DNA of 64,000 nt from Escherichia coli (lineage in GTDB: Bacteria > Pseudomonadota > Gammaproteobacteria > Enterobacterales > Enterobacteriaceae): the NCBI RefSeq assembly GCF_003334815.1, contig NZ_QOWO01000004.1; one strand, written 5' to 3'. Of the stretch, positions 10,507 to 21,513 are shown in pieces. Every line of letters starts with the position of its first letter. Position 1 is the stretch's first letter. A program made the translations under genes and the position numbers. A model generated the notes under the pieces. It did no database searches, was not told the origin of the DNA, and saw only the letters and a list, made by a program, of their open reading frames with translations.

Positions 10507-12198
10507 TTACGCTGCTTTCGCTACTGCGTCCACTTCCGGACGTTTCAGGAAGGCATAGGCCAAACCCGCCACCAGCGTACCGGCAATAATTGCTACCAGG
10601 TAACCCAATACCGGCGTAATAGCGCCAGGGATCAGCAGAACAAACAGACCACCGTGCGGTGCCATCAGTTTCGCACCAATCGCCATTGAGATTGCGCCAG
10701 TCAGCGCCCCACCCACGATACAGCACGGCAGCACACGCATCGGATCACGAGCAGCAAACGGAATTGCACCTTCCGAAATGAAGCACAGTCCCAATACCAG
10801 AGCGGCTTTGCCACCTTCCTGCTGCGCTTTGTCGAATTTGCGACGCGCCACCATTGTTGCCAGACCCATTGCCAGCGGTGGCACCATACCTGCCGCCATA
10901 ATCGCCGCCATCGGGCCATAGGTTTGAGTACTCAGCAGACCCACACCGAATGCGTACGCTGCTTTGTTTACCGGACCGCCCATGTCAGTACACATCATGC
11001 CACCGAGGATCGCCCCCAGCAGAACCGCATTCGCAGTCCCCATGGTCTGCAGCCAGTGAGTCAGCCCTTCGAGAATGCCAGCAACTGGTTTACCGATCAG
11101 GTAGATCATCGCCAGACCGACCACCAGACTGGAAATTAGCGGAATGATCAGGATCGGTTTCAGCGCCTCCATACTCTGTGGCAGTTTCAATTGCGTACTG
11201 ATTAACTTCGCAATGTAACCAGCCAGGAAGCCCGCAATAATACCACCAATGAAGCCAGAACCGGTGCTGACCGCCAGCATACCGCCAATCAGACCCGGAG
11301 TGAGGCCCGGACGATCGGCAATGGAAAAGGCAATATAACCTGCCAGTACCGGCACCATCAGCGCAAAGGCTGAACCACCACCAATCTGCATCAGCGCCGC
11401 AGCCAACGTACCCGGCTCTTTAAACGCTTCGATACCAAAAGCAAAAGAAAGCGCGATACACAGACCACCTGCAACGACCATCGGCAGCATGTAAGAAACG
11501 CCCGTCAGCAAGTGACGGTATGCGCCTGCACTCTCTTTCTTACTTTCAGTGGTCGCCGTTTGAGCTTTGCCCGCCGGTTCATACGGCGTTGCTTCAGCAA
11601 CCGCTTTATCCAGTTCCTGCGCGGTTTTCTTCAGCGCCAGACCGGTAGAGGTACGATACATCGGTTTACCAGCAAATTTCGCCAGATCCACTTCGATATC
11701 TGCCGCCACAATCACCAGATCCGCTGCTGCGACTTCTTCGGGAGTGATTGCATTACCCGCGCCAACAGAACCACGGGTTTCAACTTTCACCCACCAGCCA
11801 CGTTTTTTCGCTTCGGTTTCAATGGCTTCAGCCGCCATAAAGGTGTGTGCTACGCCAGTCGGGCAAGCAGTCACCGCAACTACGCGTTTCGGACCGCTGG
11901 CGGCAACTGGTGCTGTCGCAGCGACCGGCGCAGTGTAAGGTTTCGCATGGCCTTTGGCTTCACTCAGGAACAGCTCAGGGTGCGCAACTGCCCGGGAAAT
12001 ATCGCCCAGCCAGACATTTTTACCGTTCAGCGCGCTGTCGTTCGGGATGGAATCACCGAGAACAATCGCCATTTCAGCGTCGTTCGGATTGTCGATGATT
12101 TCCAGTTTTGCTTTTCGCGCCGCCGCGCCCAGCAGGGTCTTCGCCATATAGGCGCGTGCCTGACCGAGATTAGCGTCAATAATCAGCAGCGTTTTCAT
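10507..12198 (-). CDS. fruA: PTS fructose-specific EIIB'BC component
   Basis: 563-aa ORF recognised as FruA; operon order fruB-fruK-fruA on minus strand. Confidence 0.95.
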   Translation of the reverse strand: MKTLLIIDANLGQARAYMAKTLLGAAARKAKLEIIDNPNDAEMAIVLGDSIPNDSALNGKNVWLGDISRAVAHPELFLSEAKGHAKPYTAPVAATAPVAASGPKRVVAVTACPTGVAHTFMAAEAIETEAKKRGWWVKVETRGSVGAGNAITPEEVAAADLVIVAADIEVDLAKFAGKPMYRTSTGLALKKTAQELDKAVAEATPYEPAGKAQTATTESKKESAGAYRHLLTGVSYMLPMVVAGGLCIALSFAFGIEAFKEPGTLAAALMQIGGGSAFALMVPVLAGYIAFSIADRPGLTPGLIGGMLAVSTGSGFIGGIIAGFLAGYIAKLISTQLKLPQSMEALKPILIIPLISSLVVGLAMIYLIGKPVAGILEGLTHWLQTMGTANAVLLGAILGGMMCTDMGGPVNKAAYAFGVGLLSTQTYGPMAAIMAAGMVPPLAMGLATMVARRKFDKAQQEGGKAALVLGLCFISEGAIPFAARDPMRVLPCCIVGGALTGAISMAIGAKLMAPHGGLFVLLIPGAITPVLGYLVAIIAGTLVAGLAYAFLKRPEVDAVAKAA

Positions 12199-12214
12199 TA
12201 TGCCTCTCCTGCTG

Positions 12215-13153
12215 TCAGTTAAAAGGTTGTAAGTCGACGCGCGCCATCATTGCGGCCAACTGCGGACGATCGGTAATACCCACATTGCTTTGACTTACCG
12301 CCAGGGCTGCAACAGCTGTCGCCAGACGCAGTGTGTGTTCACTGGATTCACGCATCAGCAAGCCATAAATCAGGCCACCAACCATAGAATCCCCTGCGCC
12401 AACGGTGCTTACGACATCGACTGACGGTGGTTTGGCGATCCATTCGCCGGAGGCATTAACCCAAAGCGCGCCTTCGGCACCCAGTGAAATAACAACATGC
12501 GCGATGCCTTGTTCACGTAGCGCATGTGCAGCTTCAATCACATCTTTCATTTCAGGCAGTTTACGGCCTGCCCAGATTTCCAGCTCGCGGCGGTTAGGTT
12601 TCACCAGCCACGGTGCCGCTTTCAAACCTGCTACTAACGCTTCACGGCTACTATCAAAGATAATGCAAGGACACTGACTACGCAGGCGAGTCATCCAGTC
12701 GGTGAACGCTTCCGGGCTGACGCCTGACGGTAAGCTTCCGCTGACACAGACCATATCGAACTGACCGAGCCAGCTCAGAGAATCAGTCACAAAGCGTTCC
12801 CAGTCGGCGGGGGTGACTTCAAAACCCGAGAAGTTGAAGTCGGTCACTTCGCCGTCTTTTTCCGTCAGCTTAACGTTAATTCGGGTGCGCCCCTGTACAA
12901 CCTGGAAACGGTTGGCAATGCCCAGCTCGCTGAACAGTTGCTGAAAACCATCCTGATTGTCTTTACCCAGGAAGCCGCCAACGGTGACATCAATTCCCAG
13001 GTCTTTTAATACTTTGGCCACGTTGATGCCTTTACCCGCCGCATGCAGACCGGTGGTTTTCACCAGGTTCACTTCGCCGCGTTCAATTTCCGGGCAGAAA
13101 CCAACAAGGTCATAAGCCGGATTAAGGGTGATAGTAGCAACACGTCTGCTCAT
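12215..13153 (-). CDS. fruK: 1-phosphofructokinase
   Basis: 312-aa PfkB-family ORF between fruB and fruA. Confidence 0.95.
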   Translation of the reverse strand: MSRRVATITLNPAYDLVGFCPEIERGEVNLVKTTGLHAAGKGINVAKVLKDLGIDVTVGGFLGKDNQDGFQQLFSELGIANRFQVVQGRTRINVKLTEKDGEVTDFNFSGFEVTPADWERFVTDSLSWLGQFDMVCVSGSLPSGVSPEAFTDWMTRLRSQCPCIIFDSSREALVAGLKAAPWLVKPNRRELEIWAGRKLPEMKDVIEAAHALREQGIAHVVISLGAEGALWVNASGEWIAKPPSVDVVSTVGAGDSMVGGLIYGLLMRESSEHTLRLATAVAALAVSQSNVGITDRPQLAAMMARVDLQPFN

Positions 13154-14283
13154 TATGCGCCCTCCCCAAGACCAGCAGCGATAGCGTCGCCGATTGCTTT
13201 CAGCGCCTGTTCAGCATCTGCACCCTGGGCGGTAAAGCGTAGGCGATGACCTTTCTTAACGCCAAGTGCCACAACTTTCATCAGACTACGTCCGTTTGCC
13301 GGTTTGCCTGTACCATCAAGGTTTGTCACGGTAATATCACTGTTAAATTGTTTAATGGTATTGACCAGCATGGTACCTGGACGAGCATGCAGGCCGTGTT
13401 CATTGCGCACCACAAACTCCGCGCTTAACACGTCGTCGGTCGGCGCATCATCGCTGGTCAGCAGCGCCAGCAACGTTGCCGCATCCGCTTTCAGCAAGCG
13501 GTCAGCTTTATTGTCGAGCAATAAATCAGCGAGACGCTTAAGAACCGCGATGGGCTGATCGTCATTCATCGCCACACTCACCAGCATGGCTGCCGTTTCG
13601 CCGTCCACATCAAAAGCATTTGCCGCACGGCTTACCGCAATCGCGCTACGCAGATTGCCTTCGGCGCTATCGCTCAGCCAGATACCCTGTCCGAGATTCA
13701 GCGGTTGTTCATTGATGGCTTTGGTGACGAAAGTGGCGTCAACTGCCCCCGCCTCTTTCAGACGCGCAGCGTTCAGCGCCTGAAGAGTCAGCAGATCGCT
13801 GGCGACGATATCCAGTGTCAGCATTTCGTTGTCGAGCTTCAGCTGCTCACTCTGCTTTTCGCCCATCAGTAATGCGCGAAGTTCTTCTGCTGTTGTTGCT
13901 GACTTCAGTTGTTCAGCAACGGAATCATCGCTCAGTACGTGGGTCAGCTGGCGTAGCAGGCCCAGATGTTCATCCGAGCTGGCAGCAATACCGATTGCCA
14001 CGTACGCTACCTGACCGTCACCCCAGGTGACGCCTTCCGGGAACTGAAATACCTGAACGCCGGTTTTCAGCACCTGATCGCGGGTGTCGGTAGTGCCGTG
14101 TGGAATAGCAATACCATTGCCGAGGAACGTTGAGGTTTGCTGTTCGCGCGCCAGCATGCCATTGACGTAGCCTTCTGCTACATTACCGGCCTGCACCAGC
14201 GCCGCAGCGACCTGGCGAATCGCCTCTTCTTTGTCTCCGGCCTTTTCGCCCGGATGGATGTCCTGTACGGATAACTGGAACAT
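13153..14283 (-). CDS. fruB: PTS fructose-specific EIIA/FPr (HPr-like) multiphosphoryl transfer protein
   Basis: 376-aa ORF; N-terminal EIIA-Fru-like and C-terminal HPr-like (GLHARPG) domain. Confidence 0.95.
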
Positions 14284-14297
14284 AGTTCTCCTCTCTT

Positions 14298-14318
14298 GCT
14301 GAATTGAAACGATTCAGC
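14298..14318. promoter_or_regulatory. Cra (FruR) operator in fruB leader
   Basis: GCTGAATTGAAACGATTCAGC contains the Cra half-site palindrome TGAAACGATTCA, 15 bp upstream of the fruB start. Confidence 0.7.
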
Positions 14319-14369
14319 CTCTATGAGAAAAAAAGCGCCAACCTGGCTTAGGGTTAAAGACAAGATCGC

Positions 14370-14385
14370 GCTGAAACGTTTCAAG
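14370..14385. promoter_or_regulatory. Cra (FruR) operator in fruB promoter
   Basis: GCTGAAACGTTTCAAG contains the perfect Cra palindrome TGAAACGTTTCA. Confidence 0.75.
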
Positions 14386-14650
14386 AAAGCATAATACTTC
14401 TGTTTCAGCACGCAAGGAAAGCCGTAAAGTTATGAGCAAAAGTTTGATGTGCTGCACAATTTTTTGCCATTTTTCCTAATTGCTGATGGGAAAATCCGTT
14501 ATCAGCAATTTCATTTCAGCAGCGTCAGCAGCCAATCAGCAACAGTGAAATGGCATTTTGACTATTCGTGGCGCTTTTGATTTCGCTGTCTGTTTATTTT
14601 CTGACAAGCAGCGTAAACTCCGCGTCTTCCTCTTCCAGTGATCGACCAGC

Positions 14651-15832
14651 ATGCATAACTCCCCCGCAGTCTCCAGCGCGAAATCGTTTGACCTGACCTC
14701 GACGGCGTTTTTAATCGTTGCCTTTCTCACCGGTATTGCGGGCGCTCTGCAAACCCCGACACTCAGTATTTTTCTTACCGATGAAGTACATGCCCGTCCG
14801 GCGATGGTGGGATTCTTCTTTACCGGCAGCGCTGTCATTGGGATTCTGGTAAGTCAGTTTCTCGCCGGGCGCTCTGATAAGCGCGGCGATCGCAAATCGC
14901 TGATTGTCTTTTGCTGCCTGTTAGGCGTGCTGGCCTGCACCCTTTTTGCCTGGAATCGCAACTACTTTGTTTTGCTATTCGTTGGCGTCTTTCTTAGCAG
15001 CTTTGGCTCGACCGCTAACCCGCAAATGTTTGCCCTTGCCCGTGAACATGCCGACAAAACCGGACGTGAGGCGGTGATGTTCAGCTCTTTTTTACGCGCT
15101 CAGGTTTCACTGGCATGGGTCATTGGCCCACCGCTGGCTTATGCCTTAGCGATGGGTTTCAGCTTTACGGTAATGTATCTGAGCGCAGCGGTAGCGTTTA
15201 TTGTTTGCGGTGTGATGGTGTGGCTGTTTTTACCGTCGATGCAAAAAGAGCTTCCGCTGGCGACCGGCACGATCGAAGCGCCGCGCCGTAACCGTCGCGA
15301 TACGCTGCTGCTGTTTGTCATTTGTACATTGATGTGGGGCTCGAACAGCCTGTACATCATCAACATGCCGCTATTTATTATCAACGAACTGCATCTTCCC
15401 GAGAAACTGGCCGGTGTGATGATGGGGACCGCCGCCGGGCTGGAAATCCCGACGATGTTGATTGCCGGATATTTCGCCAAACGTCTGGGTAAGCGTTTCT
15501 TAATGCGCGTTGCTGCCGTGGGTGGCGTCTGTTTTTACGCAGGAATGCTGATGGCGCATTCACCTGTCATTCTGTTGGGCTTGCAGCTGCTAAATGCTAT
15601 TTTTATTGGCATTCTGGGCGGCATCGGGATGCTCTATTTTCAGGATCTGATGCCCGGTCAGGCGGGTTCAGCCACCACGCTCTATACCAACACTTCGCGC
15701 GTGGGCTGGATCATCGCAGGATCAGTGGCGGGCATCGTCGCCGAGATCTGGAATTATCACGCTGTGTTCTGGTTTGCGATGGTGATGATTATCGCCACTC
15801 TGTTTTGCTTACTGCGGATTAAAGATGTTTAA
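14651..15832 (+). CDS. setB: Sugar efflux transporter B (MFS)
   Basis: 393-aa 12-TM MFS ORF divergent from fruB. Confidence 0.9.
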
Positions 15833-16083
15833 GGCGCGGTCAGCATTTCCAGATCGATAAGCCAGGTCATGGCCTGCTGACGCGAGTTACCGCACATTTC
15901 AGCGCTGGCTTGTAAGCCTGCACAGACTTTCGGTCGCAGTGGCGAGGTGAAAATTTTACAGCGTTGCTGTTCATCAAGCTGAATGCAGGGCGTATTGGCG
16001 GGCTTGCCATCTGGCATACCGGGAATAGGGCTGGAAATTGAAGGGGCAGTGCAACACGCCCCGCAACCCGGACGGCATTCCAT
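15829..16083 (-). CDS. yeiW: UPF0153 cysteine-cluster protein YeiW
   Basis: 84-aa product starting [18 protein letters not shown] with CxxC motifs; the longer 128-aa upstream extension in the ORF track is probably not translated. Confidence 0.75.
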
Positions 16084-16237
16084 ACGTTGTTCTCTTAAGG
16101 TTAACCACCGGATTGATGAGCGCGCACAGTACCACCTTTTTTGCACCAGCAAAAGTGCGAATACCACTTGCCCGAAAGGCCCGTCGCGAGTACTTTGTCG
16201 CGATATTTTTGACATTTTCGACTACAGGAATTTTTCG

Positions 16238-16810
16238 ATGCCAAGAGCGAACGAAATTAAAAAAGGTATGGTACTGAATTACAACGGCAAACTGCTGCTG
16301 GTTAAGGATATTGATATTCAGTCGCCCACTGCCCGCGGTGCCGCTACGCTGTACAAAATGCGTTTTTCTGATGTCCGTACCGGGCTGAAAGTAGAAGAGC
16401 GTTTCAAAGGTGATGATATCGTTGACACCGTGACGCTGACCCGCCGTTACGTTGACTTCTCCTATGTCGATGGCAACGAATATGTCTTTATGGATAAAGA
16501 AGACTATACCCCGTATACCTTCACCAAAGATCAGATTGAAGAAGAGTTGCTGTTTATGCCAGAGGGCGGCATGCCGGACATGCAGGTGCTGACCTGGGAC
16601 GGTCAACTGCTGGCGCTTGAGCTGCCGCAGACCGTTGATCTGGAAATCGTTGAAACCGCACCAGGCATCAAAGGGGCATCTGCCAGCGCCCGTAACAAAC
16701 CGGCGACATTGAGCACTGGTCTGGTGATTCAGGTACCAGAATACTTAAGCCCGGGCGAAAAAATTCGTATCCATATCGAAGAACGCCGTTATATGGGGCG
16801 TGCTGACTAA
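16238..16810 (+). CDS. yeiP: Elongation factor P-like protein YeiP (EfpL)
   Basis: 190-aa product [26 protein letters not shown]... is an EF-P paralog; upstream ORF-track extension from 15983 rejected. Confidence 0.9.
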
Positions 16811-16826
16811 CTTCAGCCGCATGCAG

Positions 16827-16857
16827 AAAAGGGATAGCTCAGGCTGTCCCTTTTTTA
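16827..16857 (+). terminator. Rho-independent terminator after yeiP
   Basis: GGGATAGC-tcag-GCTGTCCC hairpin followed by TTTTTT. Confidence 0.6.
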
Positions 16858-17032
16858 ATTTATTATACCAATCTTCTATTTTGCGCTTCCTGAACACCTT
16901 ACGCCCTCAATTTTCACTCGTTGATTGATCGCCCTCACACTTCATCGCATTAACAATCCAGACCAATTTCAATTGCTGTCATATAACTTTACACTGTCGT
17001 TGTTAATTAATCGTTACTAAGACGTGACTCCT

Positions 17033-18499
17033 ATGAATACAATCGCCTCCGTTACGCTCCCGCATCATGTACACGCTCCACGCTATGATCGCCAGCAGTT
17101 GCAATCACGTATCGTTCATTTTGGCTTTGGAGCCTTTCACCGCGCTCATCAGGCGTTACTGACCGATCGTGTGCTGAATGCCCAGGGCGGCGACTGGGGG
17201 ATCTGTGAAATCAGCTTGTTCACCGGTGATCAACTGATGAGCCAGCTCCGCGCACAGAACCATTTATATACCGTGCTGGAGAAAGGTGCGGACGGCAATC
17301 AGGTGATAATTGTCGGTGCCGTTCACGAATGCCTTAATGCAAAACTGGATTCCTTAGCGGCAATTATTGAGAAATTTTGCGAGCCACAGGTGGCAATTGT
17401 TTCCCTGACGATTACCGAAAAAGGCTATTGTATTGACCCGGCCACCGGTGCACTCGACACCAGTAATCCGCGGATTATTCACGATCTACAAACCCCTGAA
17501 GAACCTCACTCCGCACCGGGTATTCTCGTCGAAGCACTGAAACGCCGCCGTGAGCGCGGCCTTACACCGTTTACCGTGCTCTCCTGCGACAATATTCCCG
17601 ACAATGGTCATGTGGTGAAAAACGCGGTGCTGGGAATGGCAGAAAAACGTTCGCCAGAACTCGCCGGGTGGATAAAAGAGCACGTCAGTTTTCCGGGAAC
17701 CATGGTCGACCGCATTGTTCCGGCTGCAACCGACGAATCACTGGTGGAAATCAGCCAGCATCTGGGGGTGAATGATCCCTGCGCGATTAGCTGCGAACCG
17801 TTTATCCAGTGGGTGGTGGAAGATAACTTCGTCGCTGGGCGTCCTGCCTGGGAAGTCGCAGGTGTACAAATGGTGAATGATGTCCTGCCATGGGAAGAGA
17901 TGAAACTGCGGATGCTTAATGGCAGCCACTCTTTTCTCGCTTATCTGGGTTACCTCTCAGGATTCGCCCATATCAGTGATTGCATGCAGGATCGCGCATT
18001 TCGCCATGCCGCCAGAACATTAATGCTGGATGAGCAAGCGCCGACACTGCAAATTAAAGATGTCGATTTAACACAATATGCGGATAAGTTAATTGCACGT
18101 TTTGCTAATCCGGCGCTGAAACATAAGACCTGGCAAATCGCGATGGATGGCAGCCAGAAATTACCGCAACGCATGCTGGCAGGTATTCGCATACATCAGG
18201 GGCGCGAAACGGACTGGTCGTTGCTGGCATTAGGCGTTGCAGGCTGGATGCGTTACGTCAGCGGCGTTGATGATGCCGGAAATGCCATTGATGTTCGCGA
18301 TCCGCTTAGCGATAAAATTCGCGAACTTGTTGCGGGCAGCAGCAGTGAACAACGCGTAACCGCCCTGCTTTCCCTGCGTGAAGTTTTCGGTGATGATCTG
18401 CCAGATAACCCGCATTTTGTGCAGGCCATCGAACAAGCCTGGCAACAAATCGTACAATTCGGCGCACATCAGGCGCTATTAAACACCCTCAAAATTTAA
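17033..18499 (+). CDS. yeiQ: Mannitol dehydrogenase-family oxidoreductase YeiQ
   Basis: Long-chain mannitol/altronate dehydrogenase-like ORF; ATG at 17033 gives 488 aa (in-frame GTG at 17024 is an alternative). Confidence 0.85.
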   Translation: MNTIASVTLPHHVHAPRYDRQQLQSRIVHFGFGAFHRAHQALLTDRVLNAQGGDWGICEISLFTGDQLMSQLRAQNHLYTVLEKGADGNQVIIVGAVHECLNAKLDSLAAIIEKFCEPQVAIVSLTITEKGYCIDPATGALDTSNPRIIHDLQTPEEPHSAPGILVEALKRRRERGLTPFTVLSCDNIPDNGHVVKNAVLGMAEKRSPELAGWIKEHVSFPGTMVDRIVPAATDESLVEISQHLGVNDPCAISCEPFIQWVVEDNFVAGRPAWEVAGVQMVNDVLPWEEMKLRMLNGSHSFLAYLGYLSGFAHISDCMQDRAFRHAARTLMLDEQAPTLQIKDVDLTQYADKLIARFANPALKHKTWQIAMDGSQKLPQRMLAGIRIHQGRETDWSLLALGVAGWMRYVSGVDDAGNAIDVRDPLSDKIRELVAGSSSEQRVTALLSLREVFGDDLPDNPHFVQAIEQAWQQIVQFGAHQALLNTLKI

Positions 18500-18616
18500 C
18501 GATTTCTGCGGTTAAAGCGGATGAAGCTCACCTTCGTCCGCTCTCCCCTTCTCTTTTCTGCCTTTTTTAGCCAGGATTAACGCTCAGTTAACTTACCAGA
18601 GTATTGCGGAGCCGTT

Positions 18617-19603
18617 GTGACCAGGACCAACCTCATCACCGGTTTTCTCGGCAGCGGGAAAACCACGTCGATTCTTCATCTGTTAGCCCATAAAGATCCC
18701 AACGAAAAATGGGCGGTACTGGTTAATGAATTTGGGGAAGTCGGAATTGATGGTGCTTTGCTCGCCGATAGCGGCGCATTGCTGAAAGAGATCCCCGGCG
18801 GCTGCATGTGCTGCGTTAATGGTTTACCCATGCAGGTAGGGTTGAATACCTTACTGCGTCAGGGAAAACCAGACCGCTTGTTGATAGAGCCGACCGGGCT
18901 GGGCCATCCGAAACAGATCCTCGATCTGTTAACCGCACCAGTCTATGAACCGTGGATAGATCTGCGCGCCACCTTGTGCATTCTCGATCCGCGCTTGCTG
19001 CTGGACGAAAAAAGCGCCAGCAATGAAAACTTCCGTGACCAGCTGGCTGCCGCAGACATCATTGTCGCCAATAAATCCGACCGTACGACGCCCGAAAGTG
19101 AGCAAGCGCTACAGCGTTGGTGGCAGCAAAATGGTGGCGATCGACAATTAATTCACAGTGAGCATGGGAAAGTTGACGGTCATCTTCTGGATTTGCCGCG
19201 TCGCAATTTAGCCGAGTTGCCCGCCAGCGCCGCGCATTCTCATCAGCATGTCGTGAAAAAAGGGTTAGCAGCGTTAAGCCTGCCAGAGCATCAACGCTGG
19301 CGTCGCAGTCTGAACAGCGGGCAAGGATATCAGGCCTGCGGCTGGATATTCGACGCTGATACGGTATTCGACACCATTGGCATTCTGGAATGGGCGCGAC
19401 TTGCACCGGTGGAACGCGTCAAAGGCGTGCTGCGTATTCCCGAAGGGCTGGTGCGAATCAACCGTCAGGGCGATGACCTGCACATTGAAACGCAAAACGT
19501 TGCGCCACCGGACAGCCGTATTGAGCTGATTTCCAGCAGCGAAGCTGACTGGAATGCCTTGCAGAGCGCGCTGTTGAAGCTTCGTTTAGCGACTACCGCG
19601 TAA
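18617..19603 (+). CDS. yeiR: COG0523-family zinc-binding GTPase YeiR
   Basis: 328-aa ORF with P-loop GFLGSGKTT and CxCC motif (GGCMCC); GTG start. Confidence 0.85.
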   Translation: MTRTNLITGFLGSGKTTSILHLLAHKDPNEKWAVLVNEFGEVGIDGALLADSGALLKEIPGGCMCCVNGLPMQVGLNTLLRQGKPDRLLIEPTGLGHPKQILDLLTAPVYEPWIDLRATLCILDPRLLLDEKSASNENFRDQLAAADIIVANKSDRTTPESEQALQRWWQQNGGDRQLIHSEHGKVDGHLLDLPRRNLAELPASAAHSHQHVVKKGLAALSLPEHQRWRRSLNSGQGYQACGWIFDADTVFDTIGILEWARLAPVERVKGVLRIPEGLVRINRQGDDLHIETQNVAPPDSRIELISSSEADWNALQSALLKLRLATTA

Positions 19604-19641
19604 GGTTGCCTGCGTTTTTCAGTAAGATAATTAGAGAAAAT

Positions 19642-20355
19642 ATGATTAAAAATTTGCCGCAAATAGTGTTGTTGAATATTGTCGGCCTCGCGCTGTTTCT
19701 TTCCTGGTATATCCCCGTTAATCATGGATTCTGGTTGCCGATTGATGCGGATATTTTTTATTTCTTTAATCAGAAACTGGTCGAAAGTAAGGCCTTTTTG
19801 TGGCTGGTTGCATTGACCAACAATCGCGCCTTCGACGGTTGTTCACTGCTGGCGATGGGTATGTTGATGCTGAGTTTCTGGCTGAAAGAAAACGCCCCTG
19901 GCAGACGACGTATCGTGATTATTGGTCTGGTCATGCTATTAACTGCAGTGGTATTAAACCAGCTGGGTCAGGCATTAATTCCTGTAAAACGGGCCAGCCC
20001 AACATTGACTTTTACCGATATTAACCGCGTCAGCGAACTGCTCTCTGTTCCCACGAAAGATGCCTCACGAGATAGCTTTCCCGGCGATCACGGCATGATG
20101 CTGCTTATTTTTTCGGCATTCATGTGGCGTTATTTCGGCAAAGTTGCAGGCCTTATCGCCCTTATTATTTTTGTGGTTTTTGCATTTCCCAGAGTAATGA
20201 TTGGCGCACACTGGTTTACTGACATCATTGTCGGTTCGATGACCGTGATATTGATCGGTTTGCCCTGGGTGTTGCTGACGCCATTAAGTGATCGATTAAT
20301 CACCTTTTTTGACAAATCACTACCAGGAAAAAACAAACATTTCCAAAACAAATAA
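19642..20355 (+). CDS. lpxT: Lipid A 1-diphosphate synthase (undecaprenyl-PP phosphotransferase, PAP2 family)
   Basis: 237-aa membrane ORF from ATG 19642 (MIKNLPQIVLL...); PAP2-type motifs. Confidence 0.85.
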   Translation: MIKNLPQIVLLNIVGLALFLSWYIPVNHGFWLPIDADIFYFFNQKLVESKAFLWLVALTNNRAFDGCSLLAMGMLMLSFWLKENAPGRRRIVIIGLVMLLTAVVLNQLGQALIPVKRASPTLTFTDINRVSELLSVPTKDASRDSFPGDHGMMLLIFSAFMWRYFGKVAGLIALIIFVVFAFPRVMIGAHWFTDIIVGSMTVILIGLPWVLLTPLSDRLITFFDKSLPGKNKHFQNK

Positions 20356-20766
20356 CTCACAGTAATTAACATCATCAGGGTTATTTTTATAGTGAGGATA
20401 ATCCTGATGATGCGCACCGTGCTTTCATCTATCGAACGCAAAAATCATTCTCTAAGTAAATGAATGGATTGCATGCGTTTCACTCAATTGTACTTTAATT
20501 GACCAACCCCGCTTATTAACTTTCTGTATCACTTTTTCTTATAAAAAATCATGTAAAACCGCTCGCCAAGACCGCACCAATCGGGTAATCTCGAACTCGT
20601 TTTGCCTCGGCGGTAGATTATCCTCACAGCATATAATTTTGTGCGTTAGTCCACAGATTTGGCCTTAAGGAATTGTTTCAACATGCCCAGGTAATTAGTC
20701 TCGTGTCGCTTGGCATTTTTTTATAACGATATTTGTCGTTAAGGACTTCAAGGGAAAACAAACAAC

Positions 20767-21333
20767 ATGGTCAAATCTCAACCGATTTTGAGATATATCT
20801 TGCGCGGGATTCCCGCGATTGCAGTAGCGGTTCTGCTTTCTGCATGTAGTGCAAATAACACCGCAAAGAATATGCATCCTGAGACACGTGCAGTGGGTAG
20901 TGAAACATCATCACTGCAAGCTTCTCAGGATGAATTTGAAAACCTGGTTCGTAATGTCGACGTAAAATCGCGAATTATGGATCAGTATGCTGACTGGAAA
21001 GGCGTACGTTATCGTCTGGGCGGCAGCACTAAAAAAGGTATCGATTGTTCTGGTTTCGTACAGCGTACATTCCGTGAGCAATTTGGCTTAGAACTTCCGC
21101 GTTCGACTTACGAACAGCAGGAAATGGGTAAATCTGTTTCCCGCAGTAATTTGCGTACGGGTGATTTAGTTCTGTTCCGTGCCGGTTCAACGGGACGCCA
21201 TGTCGGTATTTATATCGGCAACAATCAGTTTGTCCATGCTTCCACCAGCAGTGGTGTTATTATTTCCAGCATGAATGAACCGTACTGGAAGAAGCGTTAC
21301 AACGAAGCACGCCGGGTTCTCAGCCGCAGCTAA
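20767..21333 (+). CDS. mepS: Murein DD-endopeptidase / NlpC-P60 lipoprotein MepS (Spr)
   Basis: 188-aa ORF with lipobox LLSAC and NlpC/P60 catalytic Cys (GIDCSGFV). Confidence 0.95.
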
Positions 21334-21379
21334 TAAACCGTTTGGATGCAATCCCTTGGCTATCCTGACGAGTTAACTG

Positions 21380-21410
21380 AAAGCACTGCTTAGGCAGTGC
21401 TTTTTTGTTT
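21380..21410 (+). terminator. Rho-independent terminator after mepS
   Basis: AGCACTGC-ttag-GCAGTGCT hairpin followed by TTTTTTGTTTT. Confidence 0.65.
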
Positions 21411-21513
21411 TCATTCATCAGAGAAAATGATGTTTCCGCGTCTTGATCCAGGCTATAGTCCGGTCATTGTTATCTTTTAAATGTTGTCGTAATTTCAGGA
21501 AATTAACGGAATC

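Noticed and set aside
11512-12222. Long antisense ORFs inside well-conserved genes (236 aa opposite fruA; also 745-1347 opposite yeiH, 51476-52375 and 50096-51289 opposite napA, 61062-62132 opposite ompC, 29398-29790 opposite bcr)
   Set aside because: They lie fully within and antisense to strongly recognisable genes, have no start context, and have low-complexity Arg/Ser/Ala-rich translations typical of frame artefacts in GC-rich coding DNA.
15983-16237. N-terminal extensions of ORFs in the six-frame track (yeiP from 15983, rplY from 33209, yejF from 27040, narP from 40059, eco from 53473, ccmC to 45933, napB to 48328, yeiW to 16215)
   Set aside because: The internal ATG matches the known protein N-terminus and has better SD or signal-peptide context; the extensions overlap upstream genes or promoters.
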